A stretch of DNA of 44,770 nt, taken from NCBI GenBank assembly GCA_029560215.1, contig JAKPZB010000068.1, forward strand, positions 1 to 44,770, in the 5' to 3' direction. Made by a program: the position numbers and the translations under genes. This document shows, in pieces, positions 26,458 to 35,448 of this stretch. The notes beneath the pieces were generated by a model. The model did not search any database. It had not been told where the DNA came from and saw only the letters and a list, made by a program, of their open reading frames with translations. Numbering within the stretch: position 1 is the first letter of the stretch; each line of letters opens with the position of its first letter. The DNA is from Methanobacteriota archaeon. GTDB taxonomy: Archaea; Thermoplasmatota; Thermoplasmata; Methanomassiliicoccales; UBA472.

Positions 26458-27345
26458 CTGGTCATCCGTCAGCTCAGAGCGGACGACGTCCCGTCCGCCC
26501 AGGCGCTGATGGCCGACACCTGGTCCAATCTTCTGAAACGCCAGACCGGCCTGGACCTCGCCTATCCGGTCAGGCAGGCCACCTGGTATACCTCCCGGCT
26601 GAGGCAGGAGCCCCTGGGATGCATATGCGTCGAGGAGGGAGGGAAGCTGATCGCCACCGGTTTCGCCCTGAGCTGCGGGAGCGTCGGCTGGATAGGGCCG
26701 ATGGAGGTCAGCCCGACCTATCAGGGAAAGGGTTACGGCTCCCAACTACTGCTTTCGCTTGAGGCCTACCTCTCGTCCCGGGGGTGCAAGGCGGTGGGCC
26801 TGGAGACCATGAAGGACGTCTCCCGCAACCTGGACTTCTACACCCGGGCCGGATACGCCCCGGAACAGGACATGCTGTTCCTGGAGAAGGACTGGCTGGA
26901 GGGGCAGGACGCCGGACTGCCCTCGGAAGGCAAGGCCGATCTCGCGGAGATCAAAAGGCTGGCCGCCACCATAAATCCGGGTTTCGACCCGTCCTCCGAG
27001 TTCAGCATATACCAGGAGATGGGCATCGGCCGGACCCTGCGGGGGGAGGGAGCCGCCGCCCTTCTTTTGACCGACCCCATCCCCGGTTCCGGGAAAGCCT
27101 ATCTACGAACGGTGCTGACCGAAGGCTACCACCGACTGGACGAGGCGATCGCCCTGGTGCAGGAGGCGGAGCGCGAGGCGCTATGGTCCGGGGCGAGAGC
27201 GATATTCACCATCGTCCCGGCCCAGAGCGAGCTCCTGACCTACCTCATCCGGGGCGGGTACAAGCCCAAGGGGGCGGACGTGCGGATGATGAAGGGCAAG
27301 TTCGCCCGCGGCCACGAATGCTCCATCTTCTCCTGGTCGGGCTAG
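26458..27345 (+). CDS. GNAT-family N-acetyltransferase (two-domain)
   Basis: EVSPTYQGKGYG, NLDFYTRAGY; frame is open upstream of ATG 26509 with a GNAT-like (L)VIRQLRADDV, so start placed at CTG 26458. Confidence 0.8.
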   Translation: MVIRQLRADDVPSAQALMADTWSNLLKRQTGLDLAYPVRQATWYTSRLRQEPLGCICVEEGGKLIATGFALSCGSVGWIGPMEVSPTYQGKGYGSQLLLSLEAYLSSRGCKAVGLETMKDVSRNLDFYTRAGYAPEQDMLFLEKDWLEGQDAGLPSEGKADLAEIKRLAATINPGFDPSSEFSIYQEMGIGRTLRGEGAAALLLTDPIPGSGKAYLRTVLTEGYHRLDEAIALVQEAEREALWSGARAIFTIVPAQSELLTYLIRGGYKPKGADVRMMKGKFARGHECSIFSWSG

Positions 27346-28166
27346 GGGCTCTTGGGCATTATGACGGCCAGTATCAAATAGGCCAGTATAAGCACGCCCG
27401 AGGTGAGCAGCGCGCCGACCACCCAGAGCACCCGGACCAGGAACGGGTCGGTGTCCAGGAACTCGGCCATTCCGCCGCATACGCCGAAGATTATCTTGTC
27501 CCGGTTCGAACGCGTCATGCGCTTGCCCGGAGCGTAGGGGGCCTGAGGCGGAGCCTGCGTCGGAGGGGCCGGCGGAACGCTGACCGGCGGAGCGGGTGCT
27601 CCGAAGCGCCCCGCCTTCATGATCACCCCGATGTAACCCAGCAGGACGATCAGCAGGAAGATGATATAGAGCACCGAGGCCACCATCTCCCCCATGGCCG
27701 AGATGAACTCATCAGGCTTGGCCGCTCCCCAGATATCGAAGGCGCGGGAGACCACCCAAAGCACGAAGGTCGCGATGATGGCCGTCACCAACGGCGAGAC
27801 CAAGGCGGTTTCTCTTGGATACTTTCTGGTGTAATAGCCAAAGAAGAACCCCAGAAGGAAGACCAGGAAGAACAGCAGCAGGGTGTCGCCCAGGAACCCG
27901 GAGAAGTCGCCGGCGAAGGCCGATTCTCCGGACAGCGCGTCGAATATCTCCATCACCAGCAGGACGAATATCAGGCCCAGGAAGGTCTTGAGCACCGGCC
28001 CCGCTCCCCTGAACGTCCTATCGAAGGGGGTTTGGTTCCAGACCGCCGGGGCTCTCTTGGCCGGTTCGTTCGAAGGCTGCGGCGGGACCACGATCTGTCC
28101 ACCGCATTTCTGACAGAAGGCGGCCTGATCCTCGTTGACCGCTCCGCACTTAGGGCAATAGACCAT
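27342..28166 (-). CDS. Zinc-ribbon plus membrane plus PspC-domain protein
   Basis: YCPKCG..FCQKCG; four TM helices; C-terminal RSNRDKIIFGVCGGMAEFL..DPFLVRV (PspC). Confidence 0.88.
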   Translation of the reverse strand: MVYCPKCGAVNEDQAAFCQKCGGQIVVPPQPSNEPAKRAPAVWNQTPFDRTFRGAGPVLKTFLGLIFVLLVMEIFDALSGESAFAGDFSGFLGDTLLLFFLVFLLGFFFGYYTRKYPRETALVSPLVTAIIATFVLWVVSRAFDIWGAAKPDEFISAMGEMVASVLYIIFLLIVLLGYIGVIMKAGRFGAPAPPVSVPPAPPTQAPPQAPYAPGKRMTRSNRDKIIFGVCGGMAEFLDTDPFLVRVLWVVGALLTSGVLILAYLILAVIMPKSP

Positions 28167-28258
28167 TTGACATCCCGCCGATGAGAACATGTCCCAAGCT
28201 CATAATCATTGCCCTTGGGGCAATATCTCAATAATGCCTCAGGTGCATCATCGCCACC

Positions 28259-28633
28259 ATGGCCGATGGCGAAGAGGAAAGGGTGCGTCGAGTTCTGGAG
28301 AGAGCCAAGGAGGAGTACGGCTTCGTGCCGCTGGTCTCGGAGGTCATGTCCGACCGTCCAGACCTCTTCCTGCCCTATTCGGAGATATCCGCCGGGCTGT
28401 TCTTCCGCCCCCGGCACATGGACCGCAAGACGGCGGAGCTGGCGGCGATCACCGCCGGGGCGGCCTTGGGAAGCGAGAACTGCCTCATGGTCCACATTCC
28501 CCAGGCCTTCAAGCTCGGCGTCAGCGAGGAGGCGGTGCTGGAGGCGATGATACTCGGGGCGTTCATGAGCATGAACCGCAGCAACTCCATAGCCTTCCGG
28601 TGTCTGAAGGCGGCGAAAGAGGGAATGAGATGA
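28259..28633 (+). CDS. Carboxymuconolactone decarboxylase (CMD/AhpD-like) family protein
   Basis: MDRKTAELAAI..ALGSENCLMVH..AFKLGVSEEAVLEA; SxxC rather than CxxC. Confidence 0.85.
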   Translation: MADGEEERVRRVLERAKEEYGFVPLVSEVMSDRPDLFLPYSEISAGLFFRPRHMDRKTAELAAITAGAALGSENCLMVHIPQAFKLGVSEEAVLEAMILGAFMSMNRSNSIAFRCLKAAKEGMR

Positions 28634-29073
28634 AGTGTTCCGTGGGCAGCGCCGGAAGGGTGTTGGTCATCCGTCTGGAGGACGGCGACGTGCTGCACGA
28701 GTGCGTGGAGAGGGCGGCCAAGGAGAACGGCATCGCCAGAGGGGCGGTGCTGGCGTTAGGCGGCGCGGACCAGGGAAGCCGCATGGTCGTCGGTCCCCGG
28801 GACGGCCGCTCGGAGAGGATCGAGCCGATGCTGGCTCAGCTTGCCGGGGAATCCGAACTGGCCGCCGTGGGCACGATATTTCCCGATGAGAACGGCGAAC
28901 CGTCATTGCACATGCACGCCTCGGCCGGAAGGGACGGGAGGAGCGTCACCGGATGCGTTCGCGCGGGCGTCAAGGTCTGGCTGATGCAGGAGGTGGTGGT
29001 CATCGAGATCCTGGGCACCGCTTCCCGGAGGGTCAAGGACCCCCGCACCGGATTCCATCTGCTGGAACCCTGA
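28630..29073 (+). CDS. PPC/DUF296 domain protein
   Basis: ATGA overlap with the CMD gene; VIRLEDGD, GTIF, LHMHASAG...GC. Confidence 0.87.
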   Translation: MKCSVGSAGRVLVIRLEDGDVLHECVERAAKENGIARGAVLALGGADQGSRMVVGPRDGRSERIEPMLAQLAGESELAAVGTIFPDENGEPSLHMHASAGRDGRSVTGCVRAGVKVWLMQEVVVIEILGTASRRVKDPRTGFHLLEP

Positions 29074-29910
29074 TCAGAAGGCGTTCACGCAGCGTATCCC
29101 CTTTTCGGTGAACTTGCGGCGGACCAGCGATTCCAGCCCGCGATAGTCCTCCGCCCGGTGGGCCTTTTCCAGTCTGTCGGCGATCCCTTCGCCACCAGGC
29201 CTCCTGGCGATGTCGTCGAACATCCCCGGGCGGGGACGGAAGCGGTCCAGCATGACCCATTTTATTCCCGCGGACGAAAGGGCCTCCACCATCTCGTCCA
29301 CGTCCCTCCCGGTGAGCAGCGGCAGGAGCGGCCCGACCAGCGCGTAGGCGTTCAGCCCCTGGTCGGCCATCCTGCTCAGGGCGGCGACCCGTCTTCCGGG
29401 AAGCGGCGCTCCCGGCTCCAGGGTCCTGCTGATGTCGTCGTTCACCGAGGTGACGGTGATGCCCATCTCGCCCTTCAGTTCCTTGTAGAGGTCCAGGTCC
29501 CGGAGGATGAGGTCCGATTTGGTGAGGACGCTCACGGAGAGCCCGTGCGGGACCATCTCCATGAGACAACGTCTGGTGAGCAGCAGGTGCCTCTCCGCCT
29601 CCTGGTAGGGGTCGGTGACCGTGCCCAGGCCGATCATCCCCTTCTTGCCCTTGATCTCCTTGGCCAGTACCTGAGGGATGTCCGTTCTGGCCAGAACGAC
29701 CGTCCACTCCGCCCTCGGCCTCTTGGTCACGTACGGCGCGTAACAGTACAGGCAGTCGTGCGCGCATCCCACGTACGGGTTGAGCGCATAATCGAGCCCG
29801 GGAAGACGGGACGCCGGCAAGGCCACCCTCGTGCGGACCTCGCCTATGCGCGGAACCTGAGGGACCGGCCGGTCGTCGTCCATCAATAGGAACAGGTCAA
29901 GGTTCGACAT
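29074..29910 (-). CDS. Radical SAM protein, SplB (spore photoproduct lyase)-like family
   Basis: LNPYVGCAHDCLYCYA, GTVTDPYQEAE, LTKSDLILRDLD, LEPGAP. Confidence 0.9.
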   Translation of the reverse strand: MSNLDLFLLMDDDRPVPQVPRIGEVRTRVALPASRLPGLDYALNPYVGCAHDCLYCYAPYVTKRPRAEWTVVLARTDIPQVLAKEIKGKKGMIGLGTVTDPYQEAERHLLLTRRCLMEMVPHGLSVSVLTKSDLILRDLDLYKELKGEMGITVTSVNDDISRTLEPGAPLPGRRVAALSRMADQGLNAYALVGPLLPLLTGRDVDEMVEALSSAGIKWVMLDRFRPRPGMFDDIARRPGGEGIADRLEKAHRAEDYRGLESLVRRKFTEKGIRCVNAF

Positions 29911-31237
29911 AGTCGTCGATCCTCCGCTGATGCTTGAGGTCCTTCAGGACGGCGCTGTGTTCGGTCCAGGTGCTCATCGGGATGTCCATGCGGGTCTGGA
30001 CGTAAGCCAGGGCCTGGTCCAGGGTGCTGAACCTGCGCGGCCTCTGGGTCAGGGCCATCCGCACGTTCTCCCGAACGTTCCAGACCCCCACCGGCAGCAG
30101 GTATCCCGGGTGGGCCTCTCTGAATATGACCGCCCCGGATTGCCGCCGCTCCCTCTGCAGCAGCTCGTTCACCGCCAGCCGCGCGGCGTAGTAGCATCCC
30201 CCGATCTCGGCGTAATCCTTGCGCCCGTCGAAGAACTCGTGCGACGATATGATCTCCACCTGCAGCCCGGCGGGGTTCCACACCGTGTTCGGATACCAGG
30301 CCTCGATGAGCTCGTACCTCCAGGAGGTGGGCGTCAGCATGACGCTCCAACGGTTGTCCAGCTGGTCCCAGTCGTACACCCGGAACTCGTTGATCAGCGG
30401 GAAGGTCTTGGTGGTCTTCAGCAGGTCCTTGCCCAGCAGGTCGTCCACCGCGGTTATGCTCCATCTGGTCGGCACCAGGCGACGGTTCTGCTCGATGCCG
30501 AAGGCCCCGATGCTGAAGGCCTTCTGGATGCGGGATATCAGGACCTCGTTCTTGTACAACCCCTTGACCGCCTCGGCGGCCTTCAGGTCCGTGTCGTAAT
30601 ACGCCTTCTCGATCTTGTGGTCGTACTTGGGATTGGTGATGCTCAGCTTCTCCAGCTTGGCCGAGGGCCCGAAGGGCTGGATGTTATCGTCCAGGACGAT
30701 CCGTCCGGAGGGCTTCTTGGAGAACTTGGCCTCCACGTCCACGGAGTTCACGGACAGAGCGAGCTCCCTGGTGAAGTCCACTATCCGCCCGGCGTTCTGG
30801 AAGTTCTTGACATCAACCAAATGCTTTCCCCGCACCAGACGGAAGCGGAAATCGACTATCTCCTCCATGGACTTGCCCATCCACTGTTCCGGGGTGTCCA
30901 TGATGAGCGTGTCGCCAAGGTCCGGCGGCACCAGCGGTCCGATGTCCACCTTGGGATACCCGTACCGGCCGACGAAGACACCCGGCGGCGAGCTTCCGTG
31001 CAGGTCCTGGGCGTCAATGAGCCTTTTGGTCTTCGTATAGGAGTAGAACTTGATCATCAGGGGGCAGCGGTCCTTACCGCAGAGGTTCTTGGACCCCTTG
31101 CAGATGTGGCACAGGCTGGAGCTGTCCTTGTGCGAAGGAGTGAACGTCTGATCTTCCAACGGCAACGCGGCGAAACCCTGCATTATCGGCCTTTCAACCG
31201 AACTCAGCGTATTTGACCGTTTTCCAGGGACCTTCAA
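29897..31237 (-). CDS. nreA: Nre-family DNA repair protein
   Basis: N-terminal C4 finger CHICKG..LCGKDRCP, GSSPPGVFVGRYGYPKV, RRLVPTRWSITAVD, GGCYYAARL, PVGVWNVRE, C-terminal PIP-like QRRIDDY; start uncertain (TTG 31237 or ATG 31183). Confidence 0.92.
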   Translation of the reverse strand: MKVPGKRSNTLSSVERPIMQGFAALPLEDQTFTPSHKDSSSLCHICKGSKNLCGKDRCPLMIKFYSYTKTKRLIDAQDLHGSSPPGVFVGRYGYPKVDIGPLVPPDLGDTLIMDTPEQWMGKSMEEIVDFRFRLVRGKHLVDVKNFQNAGRIVDFTRELALSVNSVDVEAKFSKKPSGRIVLDDNIQPFGPSAKLEKLSITNPKYDHKIEKAYYDTDLKAAEAVKGLYKNEVLISRIQKAFSIGAFGIEQNRRLVPTRWSITAVDDLLGKDLLKTTKTFPLINEFRVYDWDQLDNRWSVMLTPTSWRYELIEAWYPNTVWNPAGLQVEIISSHEFFDGRKDYAEIGGCYYAARLAVNELLQRERRQSGAVIFREAHPGYLLPVGVWNVRENVRMALTQRPRRFSTLDQALAYVQTRMDIPMSTWTEHSAVLKDLKHQRRIDDYVEP

Positions 31238-31524
31238 AAGTGAGGTTGCGAAATGATGATGTCCAGCATTCTGCGGTAAACATCCTCATGGACCGCGGCG
31301 CCGTTCTCTATTCCTGGCACGTTAACGGTCACATACTCATCACCGTCGAAGCGCAGGGCCATGATGGTCCATCTATCCGGACCCCCGAGCCGCGGCGCAG
31401 ATATCAGGGACGCCCCGTAGCCGTTGGGGAAGCGGTAGACCCGCTGTTCGCGGCCGCCCTGCATTCCAAGACAGGACTTGCAGTAGCCGACGTCCACCCG
31501 GAACCGCTCGAGTTCCTCGTCCAT
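31234..31524 (-). CDS. Hypothetical protein, 96 aa (CxxC; YRFPNGYGAS motif)
   Basis: GC3-rich ORF; TTGA overlap with the nre ORF; TATA-like element upstream. Confidence 0.72.
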   Translation of the reverse strand: MDEELERFRVDVGYCKSCLGMQGGREQRVYRFPNGYGASLISAPRLGGPDRWTIMALRFDGDEYVTVNVPGIENGAAVHEDVYRRMLDIIISQPHF

Positions 31525-31575
31525 GATTCAGGGAGCGGCCCTATAGGACAAATAGCTTGTCCGGTCGGAGAGGGC

Positions 31576-31622
31576 TACTGTTTTATACTGTGTAGGCATA
31601 CCCGGAGGTGTCAGCATACTGT
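31576..31622 (-). promoter_or_regulatory. TATA box overlapped by ACAGTA direct repeats upstream of the repair operon
   Basis: TACTGT at 31576, 31586 and 31617; minus-strand TATAAAA lies between the first two. Confidence 0.4.
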
Positions 31623-31690
31623 TTTTAGGGACGCTGAACCCGACAATCTTATATAGAAGCGATAAAATACCGACCGTAAGGAGGCTCATT

Positions 31691-33373
31691 ATGGCTTACG
31701 GAATGGGACAAGGTAATCAGCCTATCATAGTTCTTCGCGAAGGTACTGATAGATCTAGGAACAAGGAAGCGCAATTCAACAACATCGCCGCCGCCCGCGC
31801 GGTCGCTGACTCGGTCAAGTCGACCCTGGGCCCGAAGGGAATGGACAAGATGCTGGTCGATTCCATGGGCGATGTAGTCATCACCAACGACGGTGTGACG
31901 ATCCTGAAGGAGATAGACGTCCAGCACCCGGCTGCCAAGATGGTCGTGGAGATCGCCAAGACCCAGGACACCGAGTGCGGGGACGGCACCACCTCCTCCG
32001 TCATCATCGCCGGCGAGCTGCTGAAGAAGGCCGAGGCTCTGGTCGAGCAGAACATCCACCCGACCATCATCGCCAACGGCTACAAGATGGCCGCCGCTGA
32101 GGCGATCAAGATCCTGGACACCATTGCGGTGTCCGTCACCCCCGACGACACGGAGATGCTGAAGAGGGTCTCCATGACCGCCATGACCGGAAAGAGCGTC
32201 GGCGGACAGGGCGAGTTCCTCTCCGGAATAGCCGTGAAGGCCATTAAGGCCGTCGCGGAGAAGTCCGGCAAGGGCTACACCGTGGACGTCGAGAACATCA
32301 AGGTCGAGAAGAGGACCGGCGGCTCCATAGCCGAGACCGAGATCATCGAGGGTGTCGTGATCGACAAGGAGCGCGTGCACCCCCGCATGGCCACCCAGGT
32401 CAAGAAGGCCAAGATCGCCCTGCTCAGCGTGCCCATGGAGGTCAAGAAGACCGAGGTCGACGCCAAGATCCAGATCCGCGACCCCTCCCAGATGCAGATG
32501 TTCCTCGATCAGGAAGAGGCCGTCCTGAAGAAGATGGTCGACCAGGTTGCCGCCTCCGGTGCCAACGTGGTGTTCTGCCAGAAGGGCATCGACGATCTGG
32601 TGCAGCACTATCTGGCCAAGGCCAGCATATTCGCCGCCCGCCGGCTCAAGGAGTCCGATATGGAGAAGATCGCCAAGGCTACCGGCGGCATCATCGTCGG
32701 CAAGATCGACAACCTGACCAAGAACGACCTGGGAGTCGCCGAGGTGGTAGAGCAGAAGAAGGTCGGCGAGAACGACATGGTATTCATCACCGGCTGCAAG
32801 AACCCCAAGGCCATCAGCGTCATCGTGCGCGGCGGTACCGAGCACGTGGTCGATGAGGTCGAGAGGTCTTTGCACGACGCCCTGCGCGTGGTCGGCGTGG
32901 CCCTCGAGGACGGAAAGATCGTGCCTGGCGCCGGTGCGCCCGAGGTCGAGCTCTCCCTGAGGCTGGCCAACTACGCCTCCACCGTCGGCGGCCGCGAGCA
33001 GCTGGCCATCGAGGCTTTCGCCTCCGCCATGGAGATCATCCCCTGGGCTCTGGCCGAGAACGCCGGACTGGACGCCATCGACATGGTCATCCAACTGAAG
33101 TCCGCTCATGAGAAGAAGGGAGCGGCCGCCAAGAACATGGGCTTGGACCTGGACGCCGGCAAGCCGGTGGACATGCTGAAGGCCAATGTCATCGAGCCCC
33201 TCCGGGTCAAGACCCAGGCCGTCAAGTCCGCGGCCGAGGTCGCCAACATGATCCTGAGGATCGACGACGTCATCGCCTCCAAGAAGGCCCCTCCGGCACC
33301 CCCGGGCGGCATGGACGGCATGGGCGGAATGGGTGGAATGGGCGGCATGGGCGGAATGCCCGGGATGATGTAA
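31691..33373 (+). CDS. ths: Thermosome (group II chaperonin) subunit
   Basis: [25 protein letters not shown]-terminal GGM repeats; GGAGG SD; TATA at about 31649. Confidence 0.97.
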   Translation: MAYGMGQGNQPIIVLREGTDRSRNKEAQFNNIAAARAVADSVKSTLGPKGMDKMLVDSMGDVVITNDGVTILKEIDVQHPAAKMVVEIAKTQDTECGDGTTSSVIIAGELLKKAEALVEQNIHPTIIANGYKMAAAEAIKILDTIAVSVTPDDTEMLKRVSMTAMTGKSVGGQGEFLSGIAVKAIKAVAEKSGKGYTVDVENIKVEKRTGGSIAETEIIEGVVIDKERVHPRMATQVKKAKIALLSVPMEVKKTEVDAKIQIRDPSQMQMFLDQEEAVLKKMVDQVAASGANVVFCQKGIDDLVQHYLAKASIFAARRLKESDMEKIAKATGGIIVGKIDNLTKNDLGVAEVVEQKKVGENDMVFITGCKNPKAISVIVRGGTEHVVDEVERSLHDALRVVGVALEDGKIVPGAGAPEVELSLRLANYASTVGGREQLAIEAFASAMEIIPWALAENAGLDAIDMVIQLKSAHEKKGAAAKNMGLDLDAGKPVDMLKANVIEPLRVKTQAVKSAAEVANMILRIDDVIASKKAPPAPPGGMDGMGGMGGMGGMGGMPGMM

Positions 33374-33388
33374 ACTTCCCGATCGCCT

Positions 33389-33427
33389 AAACCATTTTCC
33401 CTAAACCCCTTCCAACTTTCTCATTTT
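33389..33427 (+). terminator. Pyrimidine-rich terminator with two AAACC-YTTCC motifs
   Basis: AAACCATTTTCCC, AAACCCCTTCC then CTTTCTCATTTT right after the thermosome stop. Confidence 0.5.
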
Positions 33428-33500
33428 GATAATCTATGGCACCATAATATTAATAGCGAGCCGATTAATTCAATCACCAACCAATCTGGTGGGATGTAAC

Positions 33501-34820
33501 ATGAAAAAGATATTTGGCGCATTGTTCAGCGCTCTACTGTTCATGTTCCTCCTTAGCGCCATGGCGGTTCCCGCTTTCGCATCCACTCCGACGGCAGAGG
33601 CCCCGGAATGGAGCGTTGGAGACCGCTGGGCTTTTGGAGCGGACACGGACGTAGGGGCTGAGTTCGACGAGATATTGACCAATCTGACCAACATGCTGGA
33701 GATGGCCGATGAGGTCGACGAAGTGAACGAGATGAGCCTAAGCGGCGGCACCGAGTTCTGGATGCTGTTCGAGGTCACCGAGGTCACCGCCGATGAGTAC
33801 GTGATGGAAATGGACATGGCAACCTCGGTCGCCCTGGACGCGACGGTCTCCATAACTGCCGATCTGCCGGTGGCGGGCACCTATAACTACTCCGACGATC
33901 CGGTCACCGCTCTGATAACCGTTGACGCCGATGTGGGCGTCGACGCCACCCTGGTCGTCAATGTGGAAGTGACCTACGACAAGGACACCATGGCCGTCAA
34001 GACTGTAGCCATCGATGCTACGATCCGCGCCGAGGCGGACTTCGTGGCGAACAACATTCCCCAGTCTGACGATGATTGGATGAACATGACTGAGACCATC
34101 TCGTACGAGGACTACGATGTGCACGGTGAACTGCAGGTCAACTTCGACATGGCCTTGGAGTTCGACCCGGGTCTGAACCTCTACGACTTCCCGTTATCCT
34201 TGGATGAAGTGTGGTGGTCCAACTTCACCGCCACCTTCAGCGGTCACCTGACCGGATTCCTGGACATACAGGGTCTGCCCGAGGAGATGGAGGAGAACAT
34301 ATTCTCCGAGGAGTTCGTCAACCAGACCGGGATCTCCGAGTTCCCGATAGTGTTCGAGGATATCGGTGACATGGGGGCGATCCCCTTCGATAATGGGGTT
34401 ATAGAGGAGTTCGTCACCCCCGAGACCCTGGACATGAGGATGAGGTGCACTGATTACTTCATGGTCAACGACACCTTCCACGGTGAGATCGGCGTGTACG
34501 AGATACAAGTCGGCAGTGGCGACTCTCCGCTCTTCATTTACTACTCGGATGAGGTGGGATTCATGGCCTCCTTTGCCCTGGACACCGAGGAGATGGACCT
34601 GCCAGAGGGTATCGTTACCGCTGACATGACCACCATGGCCGCGGTCGATCCGGACGTCGCCGAGGACAACATCGCGGAAATATCCGATCGTCAAGCCGCG
34701 GTCGATGAGGACAGCGGAATGCTCGGATTCTTCACTGACGCGCCGTACCTGGGCATAATCCTGGTCGCGGTGATCGTAGTGGTCGTGGTGGCCGCGGTGT
34801 TCCTGATCAGGAAGAAGTGA
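33501..34820 (+). CDS. Very acidic secreted/surface protein with C-terminal membrane anchor
   Basis: MKK-hydrophobic-AFA signal peptide; APEWSVGDRW; D/E/T/V-rich body; C-terminal TM then RKK; start ATG 33501. Confidence 0.8.
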   Translation: MKKIFGALFSALLFMFLLSAMAVPAFASTPTAEAPEWSVGDRWAFGADTDVGAEFDEILTNLTNMLEMADEVDEVNEMSLSGGTEFWMLFEVTEVTADEYVMEMDMATSVALDATVSITADLPVAGTYNYSDDPVTALITVDADVGVDATLVVNVEVTYDKDTMAVKTVAIDATIRAEADFVANNIPQSDDDWMNMTETISYEDYDVHGELQVNFDMALEFDPGLNLYDFPLSLDEVWWSNFTATFSGHLTGFLDIQGLPEEMEENIFSEEFVNQTGISEFPIVFEDIGDMGAIPFDNGVIEEFVTPETLDMRMRCTDYFMVNDTFHGEIGVYEIQVGSGDSPLFIYYSDEVGFMASFALDTEEMDLPEGIVTADMTTMAAVDPDVAEDNIAEISDRQAAVDEDSGMLGFFTDAPYLGIILVAVIVVVVVAAVFLIRKK

Positions 34821-34933
34821 GCCTGGAAAACATAACCAAACCCTTTCCCCGATTCCTTTTTCAATCCCGGTTTTGAGCAAGGTATATACGCTATCAGGCT
34901 CTAGTGACGTTCCAGATATCAGGGGGATATCAT

Positions 34934-35398
34934 ATGAAGATCGCATTGGTCTATGATTCTGTCTCGTCCGAAAAGCTCACTGCCAAGGTCGCCGAGGTCA
35001 TCGCCAAGACCTTGAGGGACAAGGGAATGGAGGTCACTTCGGCCCCGGTAGGAGACGCCAAGCACCTGAAGATCGAGGATTTCGACGCTCTGGTGGTCGG
35101 CACTCCGACCATGGCCTGGGCGCCGACCAAACCGGTCAGGGATTTCTTGGACGGACTGGACGCCGGCAAGGTCAAGGGAAAGAAGGCGGCCAGCTTCGAC
35201 ACCCAGATGAATTCCTTCATCAGCGGCAACGCCAACAAGGCCATGGAGGCCAAGCTCAAGAAGCTGGGAATGGTCATCGCCTGCCCGCACCTGCTCGCCT
35301 ATGTGAAGAGCCAAAAGAAGGTCTATCACCTCCTGGACGGGGAGCTGCAGAAGGCGGAGGATTGGGCCAGGGGCCTGGCCGACGCCCTCGGCAAGTGA
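34934..35398 (+). CDS. Flavodoxin-like protein
   Basis: MKIALVYDS, LVVGTPT, KGKKAASFDT. Confidence 0.85.
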   Translation: MKIALVYDSVSSEKLTAKVAEVIAKTLRDKGMEVTSAPVGDAKHLKIEDFDALVVGTPTMAWAPTKPVRDFLDGLDAGKVKGKKAASFDTQMNSFISGNANKAMEAKLKKLGMVIACPHLLAYVKSQKKVYHLLDGELQKAEDWARGLADALGK

Positions 35399-35448
35399 CG
35401 TTCGCCCTTCGCAACAACCATTAAGCCCTGCACGCGAATAGATGTTCC

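Noticed and set aside
28189..28629. N-terminal extension of the PPC ORF (294 aa in the track)
   Set aside because: Overlaps the CMD gene in another frame; the PPC domain starts at the ATGA overlap at 28630
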